Shown piece after piece: positions 20,843-32,501 of a stretch of 64,000 bases of DNA. Within the stretch, counting starts at the first letter, position 1. Each line of letters starts with the position of its first letter. A program made the position numbers and the translations under genes. Location of the stretch: the IMG/VR virus record IMGVR_UViG_3300031539_000007, positions 32,001-96,000 of that record, one strand, 5' to 3'. The DNA is from a virus. A model generated the notes under the pieces. That model did not search any database. It saw only the letters and a list, made by a program, of their open reading frames with translations, and was not told where the DNA came from.

Positions 20843-23053
20843 TTGGAAGTTGTAAAGCGTGACGGTCGGATTGTCCCGTTCGATGATAGCCGTATCTATC
20901 GGGCGATAGATAGATGCTTCGCTGGCCTTGGCTATGATGCCAAGGTAGGCCCACAAGAGCTAACGCGGCGCGCAGTGCTGGTCGTGTCTGGCAAATACGA
21001 GCGGCCTACTGTTGAGCAGATTCAGGACGTGGTAGAGAGTGTGCTGCTTGCCGCTGACGAGATCGAAGCGGCACGCGCCTACATCCGCTACAGATACGAG
21101 CACGAGAAGTCCAGGAGGGCAAGAGACGTGCCCAGTGGCGTCAGAGAGGCGTTTGCAGAGTCGGATGCGTACTTTGCTACCCCTATCCAGAAGTTTCAGT
21201 TCTACGACAAATACAGCCGCTTTGACTACTTCTTAGGTAGACGCGAAACGTGGGTGGAAACAGTGGATCGTGCGGTGGCTTTTCTTAGAAAGCTGTCCGA
21301 GAACAAGCTGCCAGAGAAAGACTACGCGCGCATCCGCGATGGCATCCTGAATATGAAGGTGATGCCGTCAATGAGGCTGCTGGCAATGGCTGGCCCTGCG
21401 GCAGAGAGGTCTGGTCTAACAATCTACAACTGTGCCTATCTACCAGTGGATAGCATTAGTTCATTCTATGAGGCTACCATACTGGCGATGAGTGGCTGTG
21501 GCGTTGGCTACTCTGTAGAGCGCCAGTACGTTGAGCAGTTACCCCGCGTGCAACGGCAAGGCGACGGGACTACATTTACAACGTTTGTAATACCAGACAC
21601 CGCCGAGGGCTGGGCTAACGCTATACAGTACGGATTAGAGACGTGGTTCAATGGGTGGGATGTGCGCTTCGACTACTCAGAGATACGCCCCGCCGGTGCG
21701 CCGCTGATGACTAAGGGCGGGCGTAGCTCTGGCCCAGCACCCCTGCGCAAACTGCTGACATTCGCTAGAGACAAAGTGCTCAGTAGGCAAGGTGGTTTCT
21801 TGCGTCCAATTGACGCTCACGACATTATGTGCGCCATTGGCGGGTCGGTAATTAGCGGAGGCATGCGTCGCACAGCTCTCCTTTCCCTGTTCGACTTCGA
21901 CGATGCTGAGATGAAGCACTGCAAAGATGGCGACTTCTGGCGCGACAACAGCCAGCGCTGGAACGCCAACAACTCGGCGGTCTGGCCCGATAGACCGCTA
22001 ACGCAATCAGAGGTCGCGCACCACCTGCTAGAGATGTTCGATAGCGGTAGAGGGGAACCTGGAATATTTAATCGCAGGGCGGCGCTAAATACTATCCCAG
22101 AACGTAGGAATAAAGAATATGTTTATGGAACAAATCCTTGTGGGGAGGTCTTGCTGCGCCCTAAAATGTTGTGCAACTTATCCTCTATCATTGCTCGTAG
22201 CAACGACAATCTAGTAACGCTGCTTGAAAAGGCAGAGCTGGCTACTATCATTGGCACTATTCAGTCAATGGCGACGAACTTCCCTGGGATGCCTGATGAG
22301 TGGCGCAAGAACTGCGAAGAAGAGCGCTTGCTGGGTGTAGACCTCAACGGCCAGTTGGACTCACCCGTGGCGATGCTGCCCGATGTACAAGCGCTACTCA
22401 AACAGCAAGTGCTCAGAATCAACGGGCGGTACGCGAAGCTGCTTGGTATCAATCGAGCGGCGGCCACAACATGCGTTAAGCCTTCTGGTAACTCGTCACT
22501 GCTGTTGGATTGTTCGTCGGGGTTGCACGCACGCTGGTCTAAATACTACGTGCGCAACATCAGGATTAGTGCGCTCTCGCCGTTGCTTGGAGTTATGCGC
22601 GATGCTGGTGTGCCGATGTCGCCAGAGAACGGGCAAGACCCTGATAGCTGCAATACGTGGGTGATCCACTTCCCGGTCAAATCCCCAGACAGAGCAATGA
22701 CGCGCAACGACAGGACTGCAATCCAGCAATGTAATTACTGGCTACAGAATAAGATACAGTGGACTGAGCAAAACCCGTCGGTCACTATCTCGTACAAGCC
22801 CGACGAAATCTTAGACATCATCAAGTGGGTATGGCAGAATCAAGACAACATCAACGGAATGACTTTCTTGCCTACGTTTGATGCGCTGTACGACCAGATG
22901 CCCTACGAGGAAATCACCGAGGCTGAATACAACGAGTTGGCTGCCGTGTTCCCGGAGATCGACTTCTCGAAAGTGTGGCGTTACGAGGACAAAGATTTAA
23001 CTTCTGCGGCACAAGAGCTTGCGTGTATGGCGGGTTCGTGCGAACTGGCTTGA
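20843..23053 (+). CDS. nrdJ: Class II (B12-dependent) ribonucleotide reductase with ATP cone
   Basis: VVKRDGR ATP cone (TTG start 20843), YNCAY, GTNPCGE..CNL, TTCVKPSGN, C-terminal CMAGSCEL; no NrdB in the window. Confidence 0.9.
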   Translation: MEVVKRDGRIVPFDDSRIYRAIDRCFAGLGYDAKVGPQELTRRAVLVVSGKYERPTVEQIQDVVESVLLAADEIEAARAYIRYRYEHEKSRRARDVPSGVREAFAESDAYFATPIQKFQFYDKYSRFDYFLGRRETWVETVDRAVAFLRKLSENKLPEKDYARIRDGILNMKVMPSMRLLAMAGPAAERSGLTIYNCAYLPVDSISSFYEATILAMSGCGVGYSVERQYVEQLPRVQRQGDGTTFTTFVIPDTAEGWANAIQYGLETWFNGWDVRFDYSEIRPAGAPLMTKGGRSSGPAPLRKLLTFARDKVLSRQGGFLRPIDAHDIMCAIGGSVISGGMRRTALLSLFDFDDAEMKHCKDGDFWRDNSQRWNANNSAVWPDRPLTQSEVAHHLLEMFDSGRGEPGIFNRRAALNTIPERRNKEYVYGTNPCGEVLLRPKMLCNLSSIIARSNDNLVTLLEKAELATIIGTIQSMATNFPGMPDEWRKNCEEERLLGVDLNGQLDSPVAMLPDVQALLKQQVLRINGRYAKLLGINRAAATTCVKPSGNSSLLLDCSSGLHARWSKYYVRNIRISALSPLLGVMRDAGVPMSPENGQDPDSCNTWVIHFPVKSPDRAMTRNDRTAIQQCNYWLQNKIQWTEQNPSVTISYKPDEILDIIKWVWQNQDNINGMTFLPTFDALYDQMPYEEITEAEYNELAAVFPEIDFSKVWRYEDKDLTSAAQELACMAGSCELA

Positions 23054-23054
23054 T

Positions 23055-23082
23055 TTGACTGTTACTGGCAATATGCTATACT
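23055..23082 (+). promoter_or_regulatory. Sigma70-type promoter with extended -10
   Basis: TTGACT-N16-TATACT with TG. Confidence 0.7.
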
Positions 23083-23254
23083 AGGGGCATCAAATCAACT
23101 AAAAGGAGCAGTGTATGTTTGTTTACAAGAACTGGGCGGATGGCCGCTATGCATGCCGTGGATGGTTTTTGTTTGGCTTAATCCCACTTGCTGTATGGAA
23201 AATCAACGCGGACGTGCCCACCAACGGCAATTGATAAATCATAAGGAGAGTGAT

Positions 23255-23728
23255 ATGACAAAGAGCGGTAATACTGTAGCTGCGGTGTGCCCGTCAAGCG
23301 GGGATTTCGTGGCGCGTGAGCCGAAGGTGTTCTTGGAAGTCAGGGACCTGTCCGAGAAGTGGACTCGGTATACGTTTAGCGAGCATGAAGAAATTGATCT
23401 GCTTGACTTTGCGGGGTTGACGGACTGTGTTACCCCGCTGGACGTTTATGCACCGGCGGTGTGCCCAATGACGGGCGAGGCTGTTACTGAAGTCCCGGTG
23501 CTGCGCATCAAGGCGAAGGGCGGAGGTGTGGAGTTTACATTCTACTTTTCAAGTGATGCGGAAACGGCGATTGCCGAAGAGTTCAATGTCAGCATACGCC
23601 AAGGGTATCGGTATCCGTGGAGAGGAACATACGGGTCTGTCGAACCCTGCGGGGTCACACTCACTATTCCAGCAGGCATGTCCATGTCCGTACCGCAATT
23701 CCTTTACCCACAACCCCCGCACACGTAG
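23255..23728 (+). CDS. Hypothetical protein with repeated AVCP motif
   Basis: RBS AAGGAG before ATG 23255; preceded by a 39-aa ORF at 23115-23234. Confidence 0.55.
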   Translation: MTKSGNTVAAVCPSSGDFVAREPKVFLEVRDLSEKWTRYTFSEHEEIDLLDFAGLTDCVTPLDVYAPAVCPMTGEAVTEVPVLRIKAKGGGVEFTFYFSSDAETAIAEEFNVSIRQGYRYPWRGTYGSVEPCGVTLTIPAGMSMSVPQFLYPQPPHT

Positions 23729-23740
23729 ATTGCGGCACAA

Positions 23741-23778
23741 AGCAAAAGCCCTGGTTTAATCGCCAGGGCTTTTTTGTT
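23741..23778. terminator. Bidirectional intrinsic terminator
   Basis: AAAAGCCCTGG-tttaatcg-CCAGGGCTTTTTT between convergent gene blocks. Confidence 0.85.
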
Positions 23779-23786
23779 GCCACGAA

Positions 23787-25481
23787 TCAACTGAACAGCG
23801 AGCCTTGCACTACCTCTTCACCGTCGTCCGTGACAAACACCTCTGGTACAGCCCCTAGTCTCTGTGCTGCGTTCTTGTGCAGGTACTCGAACGAGATGTC
23901 GCATCCAATACCGTGACGACCCAGGGCACGGGCTACCTGGAGAGTAGTGCCGCTGCCTACGAACGGGTCGAAGACGATGGCTGGCACGACACAGAAATCT
24001 GTCAGCGGTTCGTCTTCCCACTGCTCTCCTTCAAAATACCACCGCGCGTCACAACTATTGCAGGGGATAAACGCGCCGCGTACCCCGCCGTGAATCCCGC
24101 TTGGTAGAAATGACATATCCCATTCGTGAGTATGATTGCTGATACAGTTACAAGTAGGACGCCAGCCGAGAGTTGAAAACTGGACGTGTTTAGTCACGCC
24201 GAGAGTAGACTGCTCAGTACCACCGTCAAGAGCGCCGCCACTGGCAAGGATGCGCCCTTGCGCCGCGCCAGGGTTGTGCTTGTTAGCAATGCGTGCCATC
24301 ACCCTCTCGAACGGCGCGCCACATTTTACACATACGCCATATTCGCTGCTCCCAGCCTTAACGCACGGTTCAACAAGCGTGCTAGGGAATACGGCGAAGT
24401 GGCTCCCCTTGTAGCCCTTCGCGTTGACGTGCAACGCCAGTGGCTCACCATTAGTATCCAGTAGCAATCCCATATTGTCGCGTAGCCCGTACAGATAGTC
24501 CAGGTGTTCTTCGGATTGTGCGATTGCGTAATCTACCGAGTCCTTCCATACATCCGACGTGCGCCGGTTGCGCCCAGGTTCAACATCTCTGCTTTTGTCG
24601 TTAGCACGGGCTTGGTTCATTGAGTGTGGGGTTTGGCCTGGAGCACCGTCGATATTCTTGTGCGTGCTGCTGTTACCGCGCTTGGCCCTGGCGATACTCC
24701 CCGCGCTCGTGGGCATCTCTACGGCCTTTGCGTCGTAGTAGTAATGCTCGGACTTGGAAAGCAGGAACAGGTACTCGTGCGCGGTTGTCATGCGGTCGGT
24801 GACACTTTCGGGCATACACGAGTCTTTTATCCACTGCGGATCGTTGCGTAGATACCAGCCATCAGCGCGAAGCGCGAGTGCTATAAGCCAAGGGATACCC
24901 ATAAGGTCTTTGTTTTTTATATCGTATTGCGATGGCGGACGCCCCTGCATATCGCGCGAGAAATTAGCACCCTTCCACCCCATGTCGCCATCTGTTTGCA
25001 TACGGGTGTACCCTTTGTGATTGTTATAACTGTCGCCAAAGTTCAAAAACACAGGCGCGTCCTGGCGCGATACTCGCCACACTTCTCTAAAGATAGCCAC
25101 AATATGCCCGACGAACATCTCTGGTGTTGGCTCTAGTCCTAGCTCGCCACGCCAAGCGCCGCATTTGAGACAGATGTTGCCACTGCTCGCAGTCTGCCCT
25201 TTACCAGCAGCGTCAGCGTCCTTCCACTTCGTTTGCTCTACCTGGCCTGGATGATGCGGTGGCAAGTCGTCGCCAAACACATGCTCGCAATCTGGATCGC
25301 CAGGAATAACGATCTCTGGCAGCCACTCGATTTGCTTGTAAGTCATACCGGGCCACACAGAGCCTTGTTCGCCTTTGTATTTTCTCTTCCCGTAATACGG
25401 CGGAGAGGTCACTACACAGTGTACGCTCTTATCCGCCAGTGGGATATGAATACCGTTAGAATTGATGAGCAGTTCCATCAC
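23787..25481 (-). CDS. DNA methyltransferase (beta class, probably N4-C) with Cys-rich insertions
   Basis: CVVTSPPY, LGLEPTPE, NFGDSY, HEYLFLLSK, HFAVFP, DPFVGSGTT. Confidence 0.9.
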   Translation of the reverse strand: MMELLINSNGIHIPLADKSVHCVVTSPPYYGKRKYKGEQGSVWPGMTYKQIEWLPEIVIPGDPDCEHVFGDDLPPHHPGQVEQTKWKDADAAGKGQTASSGNICLKCGAWRGELGLEPTPEMFVGHIVAIFREVWRVSRQDAPVFLNFGDSYNNHKGYTRMQTDGDMGWKGANFSRDMQGRPPSQYDIKNKDLMGIPWLIALALRADGWYLRNDPQWIKDSCMPESVTDRMTTAHEYLFLLSKSEHYYYDAKAVEMPTSAGSIARAKRGNSSTHKNIDGAPGQTPHSMNQARANDKSRDVEPGRNRRTSDVWKDSVDYAIAQSEEHLDYLYGLRDNMGLLLDTNGEPLALHVNAKGYKGSHFAVFPSTLVEPCVKAGSSEYGVCVKCGAPFERVMARIANKHNPGAAQGRILASGGALDGGTEQSTLGVTKHVQFSTLGWRPTCNCISNHTHEWDMSFLPSGIHGGVRGAFIPCNSCDARWYFEGEQWEDEPLTDFCVVPAIVFDPFVGSGTTLQVARALGRHGIGCDISFEYLHKNAAQRLGAVPEVFVTDDGEEVVQGSLFS

Positions 25482-26554
25482 TTAACGTACCGTGGGGACA
25501 GTGCATGCACGAAGGCGGAGTCGCTGCCCGTAATTATTACCGTGCTGAGAGCGCCCTTGATGTGCATCGTGATGTCACCACTGAAAGCACGTAGCGCCTC
25601 CCTCATATACTCCGCACACATTAGCAAGCATAGCTCGGCATCGCCCTCTGCCTGTACAGCTATATCGCCGCCGCCATCAGTGCCAGCAACGCTGACGACG
25701 ATGCTGCTGTTAGTGATAGCGAAGGTGATGGTGCCATCTCCCATCCCGTCAAACATAGAAGCGCGCCTGACTGCATCCAACAACGCCGACGAATCTACGG
25801 TAACTGTACAGCGACCGTCGGTGTCGAACATCCCAGTCTCTTCTACACTGGACTGAACACCGTCGCCGTTGACAAGCTGGGTAGAGAACAGGATTGCGCC
25901 AGTGTCAAATGTCATTCGCCCGTTGCCGCAGCCAACGGTAACAATATCAGTGCCAAGTATTTTCGACAGCTCGTTCGCAGAGCCAGGCGGAATCAGCGCC
26001 TCACAGACAGCCTCAGTGTCAGTTGTGTTCCTTGAGATGCGGTAGCCATCTAACCCCATGAACGCCAGCTTGCCATCAAGTGTGTACAACGCTACGCTAT
26101 TAAGCGTCGGGCGGCTTGCGTCATGGGACGCGAAAGGGGCGCAGTATTCAAGCGCCGCCTTTAGGACAGTGCCGTCAATCTCAAACGAGAAGTCGGCAGC
26201 CCCGGCAATCAGTGGGAACATATCAGCGGGCAGGCATTTGAATCTCACCTTCGTGTTACCGCTGACGAGCCTCAATACGTCATTGACCATCTCTAGCTGC
26301 ACCGTGTCGGTATTCAGCGAGGCTACCACATCCGCGAATAGCACCGGAACAACGGTAGCGAAGTCTTCGCCGCAATCAGCGTCCACGTACACCTCGACTG
26401 ACTTCTCGAAGTCGGTGGCGCACAGGCACATAATCCCATCAACAACTTTTAGCAGGATGTTCTGTGCGATAGGGATAGTCGTGCGTGCCGGGGCAATACG
26501 CTTGGCGATTGCTGTCCCACGCTTCAGTTCTTGGGTTGCTACCGTGATTTTCAT
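25478..26554 (-). CDS. dnaN: DNA polymerase III beta sliding clamp
   Basis: 358 aa; TIPI..NILL, ATDFE, FP, SRPTLNSV, DGYRIS, Y..EAL, C-terminal L.P. Confidence 0.88.
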   Translation of the reverse strand: MKITVATQELKRGTAIAKRIAPARTTIPIAQNILLKVVDGIMCLCATDFEKSVEVYVDADCGEDFATVVPVLFADVVASLNTDTVQLEMVNDVLRLVSGNTKVRFKCLPADMFPLIAGAADFSFEIDGTVLKAALEYCAPFASHDASRPTLNSVALYTLDGKLAFMGLDGYRISRNTTDTEAVCEALIPPGSANELSKILGTDIVTVGCGNGRMTFDTGAILFSTQLVNGDGVQSSVEETGMFDTDGRCTVTVDSSALLDAVRRASMFDGMGDGTITFAITNSSIVVSVAGTDGGGDIAVQAEGDAELCLLMCAEYMREALRAFSGDITMHIKGALSTVIITGSDSAFVHALSPRYVK

Positions 26555-26764
26555 TCAGTCTCCTTGCTTACCATCCGGGAAAATCTCCGAGATTCTGGAA
26601 TTCAAGCTCAGACATTTCGACAATTGTGAAAGTGATTGATTCTCCAGCGTCAAGCCAATCAAGCCCGGACGGGTCTAACTCCCCTGCGGCGAAGCTTGCT
26701 GCATTTTCCAGACTACAAATGTAGAATCCGCCAGCGCAATCGCTACGGGTAACTTTAATATATT

Positions 26765-27358
26765 TCACCTTAGAACTCCTTTCCGTAACTCCCTTGTGTT
26801 AATCGTAATCATCGCTTGTGCAATTGTTATTGGCGTGAAGTTTGTACAATCCACGCCCACATCTAATATCCGCTGGCCCGCTGGCGGCGCGTATGTGCCG
26901 TGGGAATGCCCGTGGAGGTGATACGCGCCGTGATGTTTCCTGTCCCACTCGGCTTGTGGATAGTGGCTCAATACAAACACGTCATCGTTCGATTCAAGCG
27001 CCACGATTGGCGGGACTGTTTGCACTTCGTATCGCCCGCCAGAAGAGAAGTAGGTGTTATTAAGAATCCAGCGCTTGTCGTGATGCCAGAAGTTATCAAG
27101 TATGTATATTTTGCCGTTAAGCAAACGAAAGAATTTGTCTGCTGCGTTTGTGCCACCAAGCGTGAAGTCGCCCAGATGAATAACTATATCATCCCGCCCG
27201 ACAACACCGTTCCAGTTACTCGCCATCACAGTATCCATTTCATCAGCGTCCGCGAACGGCCTGTTGGTGTACTTGATGATGTTCGCGTGAGAAAAGTGGT
27301 GGTCGGATGTGACAAAAACAGACAGCACCCTATCGCGCGGGATTGTTAATCTATTCAC
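26765..27358 (-). CDS. Metallophosphoesterase
   Basis: TSDHHFSH.NII...RPF...EMD...NWN..V...HLGDF, SHYP, LHGHSHG, DVGVD. Confidence 0.88.
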   Translation of the reverse strand: MNRLTIPRDRVLSVFVTSDHHFSHANIIKYTNRPFADADEMDTVMASNWNGVVGRDDIVIHLGDFTLGGTNAADKFFRLLNGKIYILDNFWHHDKRWILNNTYFSSGGRYEVQTVPPIVALESNDDVFVLSHYPQAEWDRKHHGAYHLHGHSHGTYAPPAGQRILDVGVDCTNFTPITIAQAMITINTRELRKGVLR

Positions 27359-27971
27359 TGCGATAACCCCCTAAAATATGCTCGACTTCTTCGCCGTCTG
27401 ATTCCCACGCGATCTCATCAATCGCGCCAAACTTCATCAACGAAGCCAGAACATCAGCCAGCACTACGGACTCTTCGCAATCTGTAAAGTGTACCAGGAT
27501 GGGATTTCTATTAAAGTGGAGAGTAAGCACGTCTAGTGCCTCTTGTGCGGTTCTACACCACAGCCACTCAGGGGAAGGGGAAGGGGATTCTGTCTCGCTA
27601 ATCCAAACCCTAATCATCCGCATCAAGCACGTCGGCGATGGCATACAGCACGTCACAGAGCCATTCGATGTCGGGGTACTTGTCTTCGTACTCATCTTTG
27701 AGTAGCCGTACAATGCGCCGCAACTTCATAGCGAGCACGTCCGGCTTGCTGTCTGCAACCAATACGTCGTAGATGCCTAGCAAATGCTTGGTCATGTTAC
27801 ACTCCATATCCGAATATGGGCGACAGCGATACGTGGTTGTAATGCCGCTGACACCAATCGTTGATAGCCGACTTCCTGCGCGGCGAGACCGGGTAGCGCC
27901 TGATTGTCTCGCCGCGCTTGACGCTGACGACATAACTGTTGATAGTCACGTCGTAGCTGATGTACACGAGC

Positions 27972-29036
27972 CTAAACAAGCGCCATCTCCAACTGTTCGG
28001 CATTAACCTCTGCGGCCTCTGGATAACGATAGCCAGACTCCTTGCGCAGAATCTCACCAGACATCCTCTCCATAGCTTCCTGGAAGGTCTCGCTGTCCTG
28101 TCGTTGCGCTACATAGGTAACAGCGTTGACGACATCCATCAGACGCGGTTCGCGTGCTCTGCCATACTCGCCAGCATTGCCAGTAGTCGCACCGACGGTT
28201 TCATCAATCACAGATTTAGACACACCATACTTCTTGGCGTAGCGCTCCAGTAATGGGCGCACTGTTTTCTGTTCGATGTGAATACTCTCGCTGGCGACAA
28301 ATAAACGGGCGGCGACCTCTGACATTTGTAGCGCGGTAGCCATTGCCGCCGCAATCATAGCCGCCATCATACTTTGGTCGTAGTAGCGATGGTTGAACAC
28401 CATTGCCTCTTTACATTCCCATCCAAATACCAGCCCGTTGGTACACACAGAGCGATATAGGCCACCGGCAATCTTCGCGCCACCATCACCAATCTCAGAG
28501 TTACGGATATAGACGCCCAAGTGCAGCCCGCCATACTTGTCCGACAGTTCAATCTCAGGGAAGAGCACGTAAGCACGTAGGTGGTCGTCAACACTCGGAC
28601 GGTGAACTACCGCGTGCGCACCGTCGATATGGTTCTCAAATAGCCCAACGAACCGGCTGTTGTCAAACACCGTGTACTCATCACTGAGTACGGCACGCAC
28701 CACATCACCCTTAGAGCGCACAAGATACTCGCGCCCTTTGCCAGCTTCCTGTTGCAGCATGCGATTAAAAACCTCTGGCTCGAAATCTGGCGGGCACTTT
28801 TTTTCAAGCCAGTGAATATCAGGCCCGCCAATGCGCCCGTTAAGTTGGCGGTACGCATAATCTGACAGATAGCCAGTTAGCGTCATCTCGCGCTGGAAGA
28901 GGGTGCTCGGAACGCGGTATCGCAGCGCCTTATCGCCTACGTACACCACATCTTTGGCGTGCGTGGTGTGGTCATAACAATCAACGGCGTACTCATCTAC
29001 GCTTTCTCGTAGTGCTTGCAGCGTGCTTGCGCTCAT
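27972..29036 (-). CDS. DUF932-like phage/plasmid protein
   Basis: VRAVLSD.Y..FDN, G..I.NSEIG.G, YR.VCTNGL, H; RBS GAGGAGG before ATG 29036. Confidence 0.7.
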   Translation of the reverse strand: MSASTLQALRESVDEYAVDCYDHTTHAKDVVYVGDKALRYRVPSTLFQREMTLTGYLSDYAYRQLNGRIGGPDIHWLEKKCPPDFEPEVFNRMLQQEAGKGREYLVRSKGDVVRAVLSDEYTVFDNSRFVGLFENHIDGAHAVVHRPSVDDHLRAYVLFPEIELSDKYGGLHLGVYIRNSEIGDGGAKIAGGLYRSVCTNGLVFGWECKEAMVFNHRYYDQSMMAAMIAAAMATALQMSEVAARLFVASESIHIEQKTVRPLLERYAKKYGVSKSVIDETVGATTGNAGEYGRAREPRLMDVVNAVTYVAQRQDSETFQEAMERMSGEILRKESGYRYPEAAEVNAEQLEMALV

Positions 29037-29521
29037 CGTGTGCCTCCTCTCTGATTTCTGGAATGAATCTCTTCGCAAAGTCATCAACCGGCCCACCGTC
29101 AATGACAAACATCCTCAAAATTGCCATCGCGAACGACTTGAGACCTGTGTGCTCTTTCGCCAATGCAATGGCAATGTCGCGGTCGCCACCTTCAAGGGTC
29201 GCGATCCACTCAGCAATCTCCTTCACGGCGAGCATTTACCAGCCTCCGACAGTGCGAAGATTACTGGCTCTGGTGTGTACGAGACACAGAAGAACTCATT
29301 GTTCACCTTGTACCCATGCTCAAAGCCAGCGGACTCACAAACATTGTCCAATGAATTCCCTGCAAGGGCTGTGCCGACAACCAGGCCAAACACAAAGACC
29401 AACGCCACGAGCGCCATCACAAAAGCAAAAACTCCACCGTTGTCTTCCATCGTTTCCCTCCTATCAAGTGATAAGCCAAGTATAGCACATACGCGCCGCC
29501 AGCATAGTGACAAACATCACG

Positions 29522-29755
29522 TTAGTCTTTGACGTATGTTACTCTGCCAGTGTCGATCCCCACATGCCGTGCTTCTGACAAGGAGCGGGTTTGAATCATA
29601 CACCGCTGCATCTTCGCGCTTACGCCAGCGCGTGTAGCACTATACCGCTTTGCTATCTCTATCTGCGACAAACCCTCTTCGTCGTATAGCCTTTTCAGCG
29701 TCGCGCAATCAGGTAGTTTCAAAGCACATCTCCCTCGCAATCCTTGCAGTACCAA
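29522..29755 (-). CDS. Small HTH protein
   Basis: LYDEEGLSQIEIAKRYSATRAGVS...M.R..I.TR. Confidence 0.6.
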   Translation of the reverse strand: MVLQGLRGRCALKLPDCATLKRLYDEEGLSQIEIAKRYSATRAGVSAKMQRCMIQTRSLSEARHVGIDTGRVTYVKD

Positions 29756-30043
29756 TTACAACCAGAGCCACGGATAGACGACACTGGATGGCCGCATAGC
29801 ATTGTGCCTTCTGTGGCCTTTTCTGTGCCAGCCTCGATAACGGCCAGCATAAGCTCGGCTTGCAATACAGCTCTCGCTATGTCGAATTCCCACTCGGCAA
29901 TACGCTGCACAGACGGGAAGAACAACGGGCGGATGACGCAGGCCCACGCTTTACCAATAAAGCCAATGCCGTACATAGTGTCCCTGGATTGCTCGTAAGC
30001 AGACCAGCTCGGCAGGCCAGACATCTTGACGGTGATTCCTAAA

Positions 30044-31441
30044 TTATTCAACCAGCTCATTGCCATTCTCCTTGTCATACGACGCACATTGTTCCCAAAC
30101 CTTCAGCATCTCTTCTCCGTGAGGCATGAAGCTACCCGAAATACGGGAGCTACCCATTCTACGGCCCGTCACATCAAATAGCGCTCGATTCACTTTGTCA
30201 CGCCCCCATCCATCTTGGACTGCATACAGTGCCACAACGCTTTCGGCATTGTCAAAGGGCAGCGGGGCTGGCCCCGGCTTAGTATCTAATATGTCCGCCC
30301 TGTTGAACGCGGGCCAAGATTTCATGCGTGGCTCGCCGCCCCCCAGCGCTTTGGCCTGGGCTTCTGATGTGTATGCTATCAACATCCGCGTTGTCAGTGT
30401 GTCGGTACACAAGTACGCATCGCCTGAGCCTGAGAGGAAATCTGCTCGCGGGCGCACATCGCCAACAATAGCTTCGCTCTCAAAGCGGTCGGACACATTT
30501 AAGGCCAGACGTACACCAAACTGCGCGCGTGTACCTTGTCCGCTATCGCCGAACATCTTTTGCTTGGGCGACTGCGTAGCGCATAGTAGGAAGATGCTCA
30601 CTTCGCGACCCATCTTCGATAGTAGAAATAGGAGGGAACTCACCGTGTCGTCAGCCATCGTGAACATATCAAAGTCGTCAAAGATGATGTACAGCGGCGA
30701 GAACTTCTCGGCGTCCTCGTCTGTGGCGTGGTTGCGCTCGCACATCAGACGATAGCACCATCCCAGAGCGTTGAGCACGCTTGCGCCATCTGTCGCCATC
30801 GGCCCTACCTGTCGCGGGAGTCCATTGATTACACCCAGCCCGCGGTTCCCTTTCCCGTTCAGGAGCACGAACTCGGCGTCTTCTGCAAGCACAAGCTGCC
30901 GCAGAATTGTCCAAGTGGCTACTGTCTTTCCAGAGCCGGTGCGCCCGCCGACAAGAATGTGGTGTGCTATTTGCTGGTTGAGTGTAACCACAACTGTCCC
31001 GCCACGCCCATCAATGCCGAGCGTGAAGCTGCGCCCCTTACCAGGTCGCTGCGATAGCTCTTCAAGGCCAATGTGCGTTGTTTGTAACTCTATAGGCCAT
31101 TGCGCCTCAATGTGCAGGCGTTTGCCGCTCCAATCAACGAGCGGTTCAATAGATGATACATCGTCTATCCAGGTGTCAGGGAATAGCCCGCGCGCCTTTG
31201 CGTTCTTCTGGGCGCTTAGGGCTTGGTACAAACGGTCGCCAGCGGTTCCTGGCTTAACACTGACAATCCCTGAGCGTGGCCCAGGGATGTACTTCAACTT
31301 CTCAATTGCAATTGGCGTTCCGCTATTAAAGGCGGGGTCTGAATAACACGCCGCCCACAACGCTGCGCCCAGACTGCCGAGCAGCTTCTCGCGCTCTCTG
31401 AGTAAGAACCTACGATCCTGTGGCATTCTCTTCCACAACAA
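30044..31441 (-). CDS. FtsK/SpoIIIE-family ATPase
   Basis: HILVGGRTGSGKT, LYIIFDD, GR...I.LL.ATQ.P, R.AL, G.GD; possible C-terminal HTH. Confidence 0.8.
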   Translation of the reverse strand: MLWKRMPQDRRFLLREREKLLGSLGAALWAACYSDPAFNSGTPIAIEKLKYIPGPRSGIVSVKPGTAGDRLYQALSAQKNAKARGLFPDTWIDDVSSIEPLVDWSGKRLHIEAQWPIELQTTHIGLEELSQRPGKGRSFTLGIDGRGGTVVVTLNQQIAHHILVGGRTGSGKTVATWTILRQLVLAEDAEFVLLNGKGNRGLGVINGLPRQVGPMATDGASVLNALGWCYRLMCERNHATDEDAEKFSPLYIIFDDFDMFTMADDTVSSLLFLLSKMGREVSIFLLCATQSPKQKMFGDSGQGTRAQFGVRLALNVSDRFESEAIVGDVRPRADFLSGSGDAYLCTDTLTTRMLIAYTSEAQAKALGGGEPRMKSWPAFNRADILDTKPGPAPLPFDNAESVVALYAVQDGWGRDKVNRALFDVTGRRMGSSRISGSFMPHGEEMLKVWEQCASYDKENGNELVE

Positions 31442-32501
31442 TATCTGGAACTGGAATCACTTTCGCCGTTTTGTTCTTGTCGTACACAATCACAACGAGT
31501 GCCGTCAACGTAACTACGGCGACAAAAGTTGTAATAGTAGCTACCACAATCAACAAATAGTACGACTGTGTTGCCAGTTGCGTGTCAGTGTACACTGCAT
31601 TCGCACCGGCGTTCATGAGACTCGCCTGGGCATCAAGCACGGCGCGATTCCCCTTGGCAACCTCTAGCGCCGCCTGTTGCTGGGCGCGACTCGCCGCAGC
31701 GTTATCACGAATGACACCCATGCCGCCGCCGAGGACAAGTACCAGCACAGCGACTACGACCAAGGCGATTACAATTGTTACAGGGCTGTCATTCATAGTT
31801 TCTCCTTACTCAACTACCATAACTGGCGTTTCTTGCATTGGAATATCTTCGCGTGGCTCGCGTGGGTACGTTAGCCACCGACTGTTGATAAGCAATCCGG
31901 GCGCGGCGCGCACGCTGTCGGACAGGTTGGGGAAGCCCATCTCGCGCAGGATGCGCCAGAGGATTTCCTTCGCCGTAAACGCTTCCCCGATAGGCACACA
32001 AATCGCGAGTATGAACCGTGCCGCCACCCACTCAATAGCTACATACGTCTTCCAGATTGGCGTGTCAATCCACATAACCTGCTTGACCACATCGTAACTC
32101 ACGCGCTCGCCGAAACTGTAGTTCCACTCAAACGCGCCGAGGGCCGTCAGGATAACGAAGAATACCCCGAAGGCCAGCACAATCAGCTTGGGGTATATTT
32201 TATCGTGCGGGTTCTTGATGGACATCTCGAAGCCCGCAGTAAAAACTTTTACTTTAATCCATAGCACCACGAACACCAGCAAGAGCAAGTGCCCAACATT
32301 CAGCGTCAGCGCGCCGTCGAGCAACTTGAGGTTGCCAATCAACGCGGCGCTAATGTAGGCGCTCGTGGCATACACCAGAGTCATTATCACGTACAAGATA
32401 ACGAAGAGAACGGGTTGCACGAGATTTGTGAACCACGTTTGCTTCTCGAACATATTGCCGCCACGGTTGACGGTTACTTCCCTACTACCACCATAACTCA
32501 T
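31410..32501 (-). other. Two membrane proteins (31410-31796, 31806-32501) co-oriented upstream of the FtsK-like gene
   Basis: About 2 and about 4 hydrophobic segments; the first overlaps the ATPase ORF. Confidence 0.65.
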